From positions 1 to 60,254 of the forward strand of contig JBGAIQ010000031.1 of NCBI GenBank assembly GCA_044225365.1: a DNA stretch of 60,254 bases, written 5' to 3'. The DNA comes from Planctomycetota bacterium. Lineage in GTDB: Bacteria; Planctomycetota; B15-G4; JADJEK01. The position numbers were made by a program, and so were the translations under genes. Positions within the stretch are counted from its first letter, which is position 1, and each line of letters begins with the position of its first letter. The notes beneath the pieces are model-generated. The model worked only from the letters and a program-made list of their open reading frames with translations, did not search any database and was not told where the DNA came from. Positions 35,184 through 44,115 of this stretch are shown here, one piece after another.

Positions 35184-36641
35184 CTACAGCAGGATCCCCG
35201 CGATCGTCGCCGACATGAAGTTCGCGAGCGTTCCCGCGAGCATCGCGCGGAGTCCGAGCTTCGCGAGATCTCCTTTGCGCGTCGGGGCGAGTGCGCCGAT
35301 GCCTCCGATCTGGATACCGACCGATCCGAGATTCGCGAATCCCGCGAGCGCGAAGCTCGCGATCGTGAACGATCGCGGATCGAGGCTTGCCTTCAGCGGA
35401 CCGAGCTGCGCGTAGGCAACGAACTCGTTCAGCACCGTTCGCGTACCGAGCAAGCCGCCGATCGTGCCGCAATCGCGCCACGGCACTCCCATCGCCCACG
35501 CGATGGGGCGGCCGATCCAGGCGAGGACGCTCTGCAGATTCTCCGGGAACCACGGCAGGAATCCGTGGACCGCCGTCATCGCACCGTTGAGGAGCGCGAT
35601 CAGCGCCACGAACGAGATCAGCATCGCAATCACGTTGAGCATGAGGTGGAGGCCTTCGCCCGTGCCGCGGGCGGCGGCATCGATCACGTTCACGTCCGTC
35701 TTCGGGATATCGATCTTTACCTTTCCGAACGTCTCGGGCGTGCCCGTTTCGGGGACGAGCAGCTTGCTCATCATGATCGTGCCGGGCGCCGTCATGATGA
35801 CGGCGGTGAGGAGATGGCGCGCCTCGACGCCGAAGGCGATGTACGCCGCCATGATCGATCCCGAGATGTGGGCCATGCCCGCCGTCATCACGGTCATCAG
35901 TTCGGAGAGCGTCATCGTCGCGAGGAACGGACGAATCGTGAGCGGCGCCTCGGTCTGACCCATGAAGATCGACGCCGCGACGTTCATGCTCTCCGCACCG
36001 CTGACGCGCAGCACCTTGCTCATCACGACTGCGAGCGCCCGAACGACGAGCTGCATGATCCCGAGGTAGTACAGGATCGCGAACAGTGCAGACACGAAGA
36101 TGATCGCGGGAAGGATCTGGAACGCGAAGACGACGCCGACGCTCGAGTTCGACTTCCCGAGTTCGCCGAACACGAACTCGGAACCGGCGTACGAGTAATG
36201 CAGGACTCCGCCGACGAAGTCGCCGAGCTTCTTGAAGAGATCCTGACCCAAGGGGACGCGCAACACGAAGATCGCGAAGCCGATCTGCATGACGAGGGCC
36301 CAGCCGATCACGCCCCAGCGGATGCGCCTTCGATCACTCGACAGCAGGTAACCCACGGCGAGGATGAGGACCATTCCGAGGAGCCCGGTGAATCGACCAC
36401 TGCTCGAACTCGTGTCGACGGGGGCCGAGGGCGTGGTGGGCTCGCTCACTTCTCCGCTTGGAGTGGGGCTGGTTCCCGGACTCGCGTCCTTCGGGTCGTT
36501 CTTCGCGTCTTTCGTGGTTCCTTGAGCGAGGAGCGTGCCGACTCCGTGCCCGAAGACGCCCGGCAGGATCCACGCCGCCGCGAAGCCGAGTAGAAGGCAA
36601 ATCAGGACGACGAACGAGCGACGCGCGCGAGCTGCGATCAT
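35184..36641 (-). CDS. nupC: Concentrative nucleoside transporter (NupC/CNT family)
   Basis: FAFQILPAIIF, ASIFMGQTEAPL, NEFVAY, ALAGFANLGS. Confidence 0.95.
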   Translation of the reverse strand: MIAARARRSFVVLICLLLGFAAAWILPGVFGHGVGTLLAQGTTKDAKNDPKDASPGTSPTPSGEVSEPTTPSAPVDTSSSSGRFTGLLGMVLILAVGYLLSSDRRRIRWGVIGWALVMQIGFAIFVLRVPLGQDLFKKLGDFVGGVLHYSYAGSEFVFGELGKSNSSVGVVFAFQILPAIIFVSALFAILYYLGIMQLVVRALAVVMSKVLRVSGAESMNVAASIFMGQTEAPLTIRPFLATMTLSELMTVMTAGMAHISGSIMAAYIAFGVEARHLLTAVIMTAPGTIMMSKLLVPETGTPETFGKVKIDIPKTDVNVIDAAARGTGEGLHLMLNVIAMLISFVALIALLNGAMTAVHGFLPWFPENLQSVLAWIGRPIAWAMGVPWRDCGTIGGLLGTRTVLNEFVAYAQLGPLKASLDPRSFTIASFALAGFANLGSVGIQIGGIGALAPTRKGDLAKLGLRAMLAGTLANFMSATIAGILL

Positions 36642-36900
36642 GGAATCGACTCATCTCGTGGGAGCGGGTTCTCGAGCAGCGGGAGTGTAGCGACGGCCTC
36701 GCCCCGCGCGACCCCGAACGGGAATCCGCCCGGCCGGTCGCGCGTGTCGCGCGTCGAACGGTCCGATCCTCCGTGGCGGACACGGATCGCAGCCGCCGCC
36801 GCCGCGTGCCGGCGGAGACGGATCGCAGCCGCCGCCGCCGATCACGGAAGTGAGACATCTCGTGGGGGCGATTCTCGGCGGAGGGCGGGTAGCGACGGCC
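36636..36900 (-). repeat. Diverged ~60-bp direct repeat (nupC promoter/start region) enclosing two GC-rich hairpin units
   Basis: 36636-36698 resembles 36840-36900. CGGATCGCAGCCGCCGCCGCCG occurs at 36783 and 36819. Confidence 0.7.
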
Positions 36901-37010
36901 GCGCGGTGCGAGACCCCCAACGGGAGTCGGCTGCCCGCGTCGCGAGTTACACGGCTCGACCGAGCGAGTAGGATTCAAGAGGCGAGGATCCAACCGCGAG
37001 GGGTCGCATC

Positions 37011-37520
37011 GTGCGCGCGTACAAGTCGAGTAAGAAACGAAACCACAGACCATTTCGTCGCAGCGGATGGGCGATCGTCCTCGCTCTAGCGGGATGCGCG
37101 ACGCGATCCCCCGCCGGTTCCGATTCGCCGGCGCCCGTCTCGCGATCGATCGTCATCGAGAATCGAACGGGGCGCGATGTCGAGGATGCTCGCCTCGTCT
37201 TTCCGGGAATCGGGCAAGTCGTTCGTGTGGGATCGATACGTGCCGCGACCCAGTTCGCGACGAGGACAACCGTCGACATCGATACGATCTTCCTACTCGA
37301 AGGGAGGGTCGATGGCGTCTATGCGCGCACTCCTCCCGTTTGCGTCACGGGGCATACGAAAGCGGATCTCTCGATCTTCGCGATCCGCCTCACGAGCGTT
37401 TCGGCCCCCGCGCGGATGCTCCCCTTCGACGATCCATCCGACCCTCCGACGAGTTATCTCGAGTGGAGATGGGGAGGGATGGGCCCTCTCGAGTGTTCGA
37501 TCCCGGAGGCTTCGAGATGA
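37011..37520 (+). CDS. Hypothetical lipoprotein
   Basis: Basic n-region then AIVLALAGC lipobox. ATGA overlap with the next gene. Confidence 0.65.
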   Translation: MRAYKSSKKRNHRPFRRSGWAIVLALAGCATRSPAGSDSPAPVSRSIVIENRTGRDVEDARLVFPGIGQVVRVGSIRAATQFATRTTVDIDTIFLLEGRVDGVYARTPPVCVTGHTKADLSIFAIRLTSVSAPARMLPFDDPSDPPTSYLEWRWGGMGPLECSIPEASR

Positions 37521-38437
37521 TTCCGAGACGTTTCCTCCGTGCGGCCGTCGGGTCGTTCGTCTTCGCCACCGTGATCGGACGCGGGGCGTCGACGGACGCC
37601 GCTCGCCTGGACCGGGATCCCTCCGCCGTGTCGCCCAACGGCAAGTGGCGCATCGAGACGTATGCGATGTCCGGTACCGATCGCTCCAACATCGAGCTAT
37701 GGGCCACGGCGTCCGGGACCGAAACCCCGACCCCGACGAAAACGTGCGAAGTGATGTTTCCCGGGAAGATCCGCGATGTCGCCGTCACCGACGAGAGCAT
37801 CGTGATCGCGATCGGAGAGAGCGAGTCTCCACGGCAGGTGATCCTCGCCATCACGGACGACACGATCGGGGACAGGTTCCTCCTGCGCCAGGCGCGAACG
37901 TTCACGCGGACGATCCATGCGCCGCCCTGGAAGCCGCTCCCGCTCGGAGTCTTGCTCCATCGCTGGCAGCACGTCTGCGTGTTTCGACTTGGGGATACGG
38001 AACAATCCCGAACCGATGAGACCTGGATCGCCGCCGATCCGAGGGATGGTCGGCTCATCGAAGTGCGAAGGCCGCAAGACGGGCTCACGGTCCCGTCGCG
38101 TGTCGGTCGAATCGTCTCGGTCCTTCCGCTCGATTTCGAGGGATCCTTCCTCGTGCAGTGGACGCGATTTCCGGGCACCGAGTCCGATTACGGAACGCGC
38201 GTGGTCGGATTCATCTACGGGATCGTCGAGATCGGAAAAGGCGTCGTCTGGCAACTCGACTCGGAGGATGCGCTTCGAGGGGTCGACGAGGACGTTGCGT
38301 ATCGAATGAGGAACGAAGGCACGATCCAGCTCGACGGCCCATCCGGCTTCACGATCGACGAAAGAGGTGCAGGACGCCGTTGGGCCTACACGATCTCGCG
38401 AGGCGGCTCCGGGTTGCGAGTCGTGGATAAGCCGTAG
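37517..38437 (+). CDS. Hypothetical exported beta-rich protein
   Basis: ATGA coupling, GGAGG RBS, MIPRRFLRAAV signal (twin-Arg-like), SPNGKW propeller-like motif. Confidence 0.7.
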   Translation: MIPRRFLRAAVGSFVFATVIGRGASTDAARLDRDPSAVSPNGKWRIETYAMSGTDRSNIELWATASGTETPTPTKTCEVMFPGKIRDVAVTDESIVIAIGESESPRQVILAITDDTIGDRFLLRQARTFTRTIHAPPWKPLPLGVLLHRWQHVCVFRLGDTEQSRTDETWIAADPRDGRLIEVRRPQDGLTVPSRVGRIVSVLPLDFEGSFLVQWTRFPGTESDYGTRVVGFIYGIVEIGKGVVWQLDSEDALRGVDEDVAYRMRNEGTIQLDGPSGFTIDERGAGRRWAYTISRGGSGLRVVDKP

Positions 38438-38473
38438 CTGAGATTCGGCGCGGTCGATCGATTCATGATCCGT

Positions 38474-39292
38474 TCATTTCGGTCGCGGGCCGAACCGCGC
38501 GGCGAGGATCGTCATCACGGAAGGCGCGAAGCGGGAGAGTAGGTCGATCGCGCGGTATTGCGTTCCGATGACGACGCGAGCGGAGTTCTTCTCGATCGCG
38601 TTCGCGATGCGGCGCGCCACGATTTCCGCGGGGATCGCGTGGCGCTTCAAGTAGCGCGCTTCTTCGTCGCGGGCGCGCGCGTCGACCGCCGTACCGTCGA
38701 TCACGAGGCGCGTGTCGACCGGGCCGGGGTAGACCAGCGTGACGCCAACGTTCGTTTCGCGCAGTTCCGCGCGCAACGCCTCCGTGAATCCGCGCACGGC
38801 GAACTTCGAGGCGCAGTAGGCCGCCTTCGTCGGGAATCCGATCCACGAGAAACAGCTCCCGAGGTTCACGATGTGTCCGCGATCCTGTCCGCGATTGGGG
38901 CGACCGAGCTGCGAAAGGAACGCGCGACACGCGTGAACCGTGCCGTCGAAGTTGACCCGCATCACGCGCTCGAAATCTCGCGGGTCCGTTTCGACGAACG
39001 ATCCCGCCGCCGTGACGCCGGCGGAATTGACGAGGATCGCGACGTCCCCGTGCTCGCCGCGAATCGCTTCGGCGATCGCTTCGACCGCGGCCGCGTCGCA
39101 CACGTCGACGACGTGCGTCGAGATCCTCCGACTCGTGCTCGCGAGCCGTGCGCGCGCCGCATCGAGGCGGTTCTCGTCGATGTCGATCAGGGCGAGCGCG
39201 CATCCGCGGCGCGCGAGCTCCTGCGCGACCGCGAGCCCGATCCCGCTGCCCGCGCCCGTGATCACCGCGGGAGTGGACTCGCCGATGCGCAC
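38474..39292 (-). CDS. Short-chain dehydrogenase/reductase (SDR)
   Basis: TGAGSGIG, VNSAG, YCASK. Confidence 0.95.
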   Translation of the reverse strand: MRIGESTPAVITGAGSGIGLAVAQELARRGCALALIDIDENRLDAARARLASTSRRISTHVVDVCDAAAVEAIAEAIRGEHGDVAILVNSAGVTAAGSFVETDPRDFERVMRVNFDGTVHACRAFLSQLGRPNRGQDRGHIVNLGSCFSWIGFPTKAAYCASKFAVRGFTEALRAELRETNVGVTLVYPGPVDTRLVIDGTAVDARARDEEARYLKRHAIPAEIVARRIANAIEKNSARVVIGTQYRAIDLLSRFAPSVMTILAARFGPRPK

Positions 39293-39296
39293 GATG

Positions 39297-40475
39297 TCAC
39301 CTCTCCGGCCAGCGCCAGGTCGGCTTGCTGAGGATCGTTTGGCCGACGAGGTGAGTCTCGCCGAAGTCCTTCTCGAGGGAGAGGATCGTGGCGTCCCCGT
39401 CCGCTTCGAGCGCGGCGATGAGGATCTTCGAATGCGTGATCACCCACACCTGGCCTCGGCTCGCCGCGCGCTGGATGAGGCGAGCGAGCGCCGGAAGGAG
39501 GTCGGGATGCAGGCTCGTCTCCGGTTCGTTGAGGACCATGAGCGACGGCGGCTGCGGCGTGAGTAGCGCGGCGATCCACATGAGGTACCGCAGCGTGCCG
39601 TCGGAGAGTTCCGCGGTCCGCATCGGTCTCAGGAGTCCGCGCTGGGTCATGAGCAGTTCGAAGCGACCGTCGGATTCGAGGATCTCGATGGAGCCGCCGG
39701 GAAATGCATCCGTCACGGCGTCGACGAGCGCCTTGCGATCGCCATTCTCCCAAATCGTCTGCACGGCCGCCGCGAGGTCGCTTCCGTCGTGGCCGAGGAC
39801 CGGTGTCCGGGTGCCGATCTGCGACTGCCTCGCCGGCGCTCCGGCATCGGTGCGGAAATGGTCGTAGAAGCGCCAGGAGCGGATGAAGTCGCGCAGGCGA
39901 TAGACCGCGGGCGAAGTGGAGGGATCACCGATCTCGGTGAGGATGCTGTGATACGAAGCAAGCGTGGTCAGGACGGTGTCGAACGAATCTCGCGCGTTCC
40001 GCACGCGAACCGACGCGCCCCGCCGATCGACGATCATCCCGCTCGGATTCAGCGTCGTGCCCGCGAAGATGCACTCCGCCTTCAGGATCGGGTCCTTCGT
40101 GAACTTGGTCGCCTCGGGATGGGGCGGGGGAGGTGGGGGCAGTCCGACGTCGACGATGTATCCGAGCTCGTTCGTCGAGAAGCCGAGCAGGAGTCGAATG
40201 GGGCCGGTGCGCGGCCCGCCCTGCACGGGATGAAGTCCGCTTCGCATCGCCCGACTGATCTTCTCCGGTCCCGCCCACAGCGTTTGCGCGAGGCCTCCTT
40301 CCCGCGCGAGCGATGCGATGAGGTTGCCCGAGGCCGTGTCCGCGAGCAGCCGCAGCGAACGATAGAGGTTCGACTTCCCGACGCCGTTCTCGCTCGTCAC
40401 GACGTTGAGCCGGCCGAGCCCGAGGGTGAGCTCTCGGATCGAGCGATAGTTCGCGATCGCGAGGGTGGTGATCAA
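39297..40475 (-). CDS. ABC-type/SMC-like ATPase (COG4637/AAA_21-like)
   Basis: NYRSI, Walker A-like SENGVGKS, signature LSDGT, Walker B variant LMVLNEPETSLHP, ITHS. Confidence 0.88.
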   Translation of the reverse strand: MITTLAIANYRSIRELTLGLGRLNVVTSENGVGKSNLYRSLRLLADTASGNLIASLAREGGLAQTLWAGPEKISRAMRSGLHPVQGGPRTGPIRLLLGFSTNELGYIVDVGLPPPPPPHPEATKFTKDPILKAECIFAGTTLNPSGMIVDRRGASVRVRNARDSFDTVLTTLASYHSILTEIGDPSTSPAVYRLRDFIRSWRFYDHFRTDAGAPARQSQIGTRTPVLGHDGSDLAAAVQTIWENGDRKALVDAVTDAFPGGSIEILESDGRFELLMTQRGLLRPMRTAELSDGTLRYLMWIAALLTPQPPSLMVLNEPETSLHPDLLPALARLIQRAASRGQVWVITHSKILIAALEADGDATILSLEKDFGETHLVGQTILSKPTWRWPER

Positions 40476-40511
40476 GAGCGATGAGCTTCCGGGATCGAAG
40501 GAAGCGATCGA

Positions 40512-40901
40512 TCAGCGACGCCCGGAGACGCTCCACGGCCCGCTGCCCTTGCACGCGATGAACAGGAACAGGAAGCAGTAGACGACCGCGAGCTCACCCT
40601 GGTTGACGCCGGGCAGGATCGCGGAGCCCATCTGGAACTTCCAGTGGAACTGGAAGTACGCGACCGCCATCGTGCCGCTCGCGAGGAAGGCTGCGGGGGC
40701 GGTGAAGAGGCCGATCATCACGAGAACGCCGCACACGAGCTCGATCAGGCCGCCGTACCACATCTGCGTGCCGAACTCCGCCTTGAACGGACTGAGCACG
40801 CCGAAGATCTTCTGCAGGCCGTGGAAGCTGAACAGGAAGCCCGTCACGATGCGAAGCAGCGCGTAGGCACGGTCAGTGTAGGGGGAAAGTGGATTCGCCA
40901 T
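40512..40901 (-). CDS. DoxX family membrane protein
   Basis: LLRIVTG...HGLQKIFG, GLFT, ASGTMAVAYF, NQGEL, GPWSV. Confidence 0.92.
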   Translation of the reverse strand: MANPLSPYTDRAYALLRIVTGFLFSFHGLQKIFGVLSPFKAEFGTQMWYGGLIELVCGVLVMIGLFTAPAAFLASGTMAVAYFQFHWKFQMGSAILPGVNQGELAVVYCFLFLFIACKGSGPWSVSGRR

Positions 40902-40978
40902 GGGAGCCGAGATTACGCGGAGCGGGGGCTCCGTGAAGCGCGAATTCCCATGGCGAGCCGTGACCGAGTCAGGGAGGA

Positions 40979-42241
40979 TCAGGTCGCGACCGCGTCCGGC
41001 GTCTCGCCGCCGCCGGCCGTGACGAGATCACTGAAGAGCCGCTTCGGCACGTGCAGGAACGACTTGCCAAAGAGCTTCGCGGCTTCCTTGAAATCGCCGT
41101 TCAGCAGGAGTCGCACGGAGTTCTCGAGGTCGGACGCGAATCCGGTAACGGGATTCGTGATGGCCGTCAGGACGTTGCTCAGCTTGTCGAAGCCATGATC
41201 GAACGCGGAACCGACGAAGTCGAACCCCTTGCCGAGGATCGTGCGCGTGAACGATCCGATCGCGCCGGGAAGGAGCTGCGTCACGGCGTTCGCGGCGTCG
41301 TGCACCGAATCGATGGCGCCGCGCACGAGCTGCTTGGGGAACTGGAGGAAGGAGTCGTCGAGGCCTTTGAAGAAGGACTTGAAGGCGTCGCCGACGTGTC
41401 CCGTGAAGAGGTTCTTCGCGAATCCGAAGGTCATCTTCCCGAAGCCCGAGAAGAGGGTCGAACCGGCGTTCATCATGCGGTCCATGAATTTCGAACCGGT
41501 CTCCTTGATGGCGTGACCGAAGTCCTTCACGGCGTTCTTGACGTGACTCGCCGCGCTCTTGATCGCGCTGCCCACGCCCTTCACGGCCTTCTTGATCGAG
41601 CTGAAGGGGTTCCAGAACTCGACGGCGACCTGCTGACCGTTCACGGTGATCGTGCCGCGATCGTCGTCGCTGCGGATCTCCTTCACCTGTGCCGCGCTGA
41701 GCTTCTCACCGGAGAGCAAGCGGCGGAACATCTCGCCCTCGTCTCCCACGGTGTCGGACTTGTTCAGCAATGTGTCGATGTGCGCGCCGGCTTCCTCGAC
41801 GTAGGTACTCGCGGCAAGCTTCGGGTCCTTCGCGGCGAGGTCGGCGTTGATGAAGACCACGCCGTCCTTCGCGTCGTAGGCGCCGTTCGCGCCGTGCAGC
41901 GTCTGCGAATCGAGCAGCTTCACCGGAGGTAGCCACGAGAAATCGCCGGCGAGCGCCTTCTGGCGGAGGCCCTCGGCCTTCTCGTGATCGTAGCCGGCGC
42001 CGTAGACCTTCTGCATGAGGTCGTGGAAGCCGCGCGGGTCCTTGGCCGCCGTCGCGAACTGTTCCTTCATCGTCGACTGGAGTCGCGCTTCGAGCTGCGA
42101 GTTCGCTGCCGTCGAGCCCGAAGGCGGTGCGGCCCCCGAGGGGCGAAGAGGATACGCGTCGACTCCGCGCGACGTGCGAGGATGGAAGATGGAGTTCTGG
42201 AACGCGGACGCGGCGGATTCGTTGCGGATCGAGAGATTCAT
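40979..42241 (-). CDS. Hypothetical protein with a zincin-like EExG domain and an amphipathic helical C-terminal half
   Basis: GANGAY...VFIN...YVEEAGAHID...DTVGDEGEMF, then WNPFSSIKKAVKGVGSAIK. Confidence 0.78.
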   Translation of the reverse strand: MNLSIRNESAASAFQNSIFHPRTSRGVDAYPLRPSGAAPPSGSTAANSQLEARLQSTMKEQFATAAKDPRGFHDLMQKVYGAGYDHEKAEGLRQKALAGDFSWLPPVKLLDSQTLHGANGAYDAKDGVVFINADLAAKDPKLAASTYVEEAGAHIDTLLNKSDTVGDEGEMFRRLLSGEKLSAAQVKEIRSDDDRGTITVNGQQVAVEFWNPFSSIKKAVKGVGSAIKSAASHVKNAVKDFGHAIKETGSKFMDRMMNAGSTLFSGFGKMTFGFAKNLFTGHVGDAFKSFFKGLDDSFLQFPKQLVRGAIDSVHDAANAVTQLLPGAIGSFTRTILGKGFDFVGSAFDHGFDKLSNVLTAITNPVTGFASDLENSVRLLLNGDFKEAAKLFGKSFLHVPKRLFSDLVTAGGGETPDAVAT

Positions 42242-42470
42242 GGGAATGACCTTTCTCGTGCCTTTTGGATGGCGGGGAGGAGATTCGCGGAGTCCGGCGC
42301 CGGACTCATTCCCATCGAAGAACGAGTGCGCGGGGCGGACCGAACGGCAGCGCGCGCATGAATCGTCACGAGGATTCGAACCTCGGGACGACGAGAGCGT
42401 TCTACGGGCGGCGTCGCCCGATCGTTACCCTGCCCGTCCCGGGTGGTACGGGCGATACGCGAAAGCACGA

Positions 42471-44096
42471 ATGAAGCGCTACATCCTGCTCGGATCCATC
42501 CTCGTCGGCGGCCTCGTGGCGATCGCCTTCTCGTTGCTTCGCAGCAACGGCGCGGACGATCGCAGCGCGTCCACGCCCGACCTGGCGACGGGATCGCCGG
42601 GGGCGGAGGATCTCGATGCGCGCGCCGTCGGTGGGCAAGGCTCGCCCGATGGGCCGTCGAAATCCGCAGGGCCCATCGTTCCGCCAGCGCCACGGCGCAG
42701 CACGGAGCTCGGTGGCTCGGTACGTACCGGCCCGGGCTCCGAAGCGCGGAAGTTCGCCATGGACGTGAAGGTCGTCGACGACGATCTGGAGAATCCGATC
42801 GCCGGCGCCGAAGTGCGGGTCCGGGGGAGCGGGGACGAGCCGAGTCCGGGCGCCGATCGCCCCGGCGCGATCGAGATGCGCCTCTCGACCGATCGCGAGG
42901 GTCGGGTGCGATTCGAGCGCTTGCCGCACGCGACGGTCGAGGTCGAGGTCGTCGCCGCGGGCTTCGCGCCAGTTCGGCGCGAGATCGGCGTGGGATCCTA
43001 CGATCGCATCGAGACGATCCGGATGAGTGCGAAGGGGAGCGTCGTCGGCCGTGCGGTCGATGCCGGCGATCATCCGATCGAGGGCGTGCTCGTGACGCTG
43101 CTGCTGCAAGGCGAGAGCGCCGCGGCATCCGCGGATCGGGTCGCGGAGAGCGACGCGGCCGGACGGTTCGAGATCCGAGGGATCGACCTCAAGGGCGAAG
43201 CCGCGGTGAACGGACGCCTCGTCGCTTCGCATCCCGACTACGCCGATCGTCCCGAGCGCTCCCTCGCCGTCCTCCGTGCGAGCGAGGTGCGTTCACCCGA
43301 TCTTGTTCTCTCGAAGATGAACCCATTGCTGCGGGGAAGGGTCCTCACCAGCGAGAGCGTCCCGCTCTCGGGGATTACCGTCCATATCGCTGGCGCGTTC
43401 GGCGAGCGCGAAGCGGCGACCGACAAGGCGGGACGATTCGCGGTGCGCGTCGTTCCTGGTGCGGTGTCGCTCGAGATCGAGGACCGCTGCCTGCGCAACG
43501 CCGGGTACTTCGAAGCGCTCTCCGTCGCCGAGGATCGCGATCTCGATGTCGGGGACGTCCTCGTCGACAAGCCCGTCCTCGTGCTCTCGGGCATCGTTCG
43601 CTTCGACGACGATTCGAAGGGTCGCGGCGTGCAGCTCGCACTCGGCCGGGTCACGACGGTCACCGATCCCGACGGCTTGTTCCGTCTCGAACTGTGCGAC
43701 GTGCCCGGTGCTTCCGGGAGTGGGCTCGTCGCAAACTGGACGAATCGGGACGGTCAGGCCTGGACCCAGGATCTGCCGCGGCCGGCGTTCGACTCGAACG
43801 ATCTCGAACTCGTGCTGTCGGAACACGGTCTCGTCGTCGAGGCGCGCGAGGACGGGCGAGCGCTCGACGAGCGGACGGCGATGACCGTGAAGTGGCGCGT
43901 CGACGCGGTATCGCTCGACGGCAAGGACTCCGGTCCCGCCTTCGGCACGCCGCTCAAGCTGTCGCGTTCGCTACGTGGGAAGTTGCGCGGCACGATCGAG
44001 ATCGCGGGCTTCCGGGTGGAGACGTTCGAACACGAACTCGTCGCGGGCGACTTCGAGGCGGCGACGACGATCACCGTGGCGGTCCGCCGGCTCTGA
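42471..44096 (+). CDS. Membrane-anchored carboxypeptidase-regulatory-like (transthyretin-fold) repeat protein
   Basis: N-terminal TM. Repeated G.V.D....PI.GA.V ... TD..GRF units. Confidence 0.8.
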   Translation: MKRYILLGSILVGGLVAIAFSLLRSNGADDRSASTPDLATGSPGAEDLDARAVGGQGSPDGPSKSAGPIVPPAPRRSTELGGSVRTGPGSEARKFAMDVKVVDDDLENPIAGAEVRVRGSGDEPSPGADRPGAIEMRLSTDREGRVRFERLPHATVEVEVVAAGFAPVRREIGVGSYDRIETIRMSAKGSVVGRAVDAGDHPIEGVLVTLLLQGESAAASADRVAESDAAGRFEIRGIDLKGEAAVNGRLVASHPDYADRPERSLAVLRASEVRSPDLVLSKMNPLLRGRVLTSESVPLSGITVHIAGAFGEREAATDKAGRFAVRVVPGAVSLEIEDRCLRNAGYFEALSVAEDRDLDVGDVLVDKPVLVLSGIVRFDDDSKGRGVQLALGRVTTVTDPDGLFRLELCDVPGASGSGLVANWTNRDGQAWTQDLPRPAFDSNDLELVLSEHGLVVEAREDGRALDERTAMTVKWRVDAVSLDGKDSGPAFGTPLKLSRSLRGKLRGTIEIAGFRVETFEHELVAGDFEAATTITVAVRRL

Positions 44097-44115
44097 ACGA
44101 GCAGGAACATTTCTC

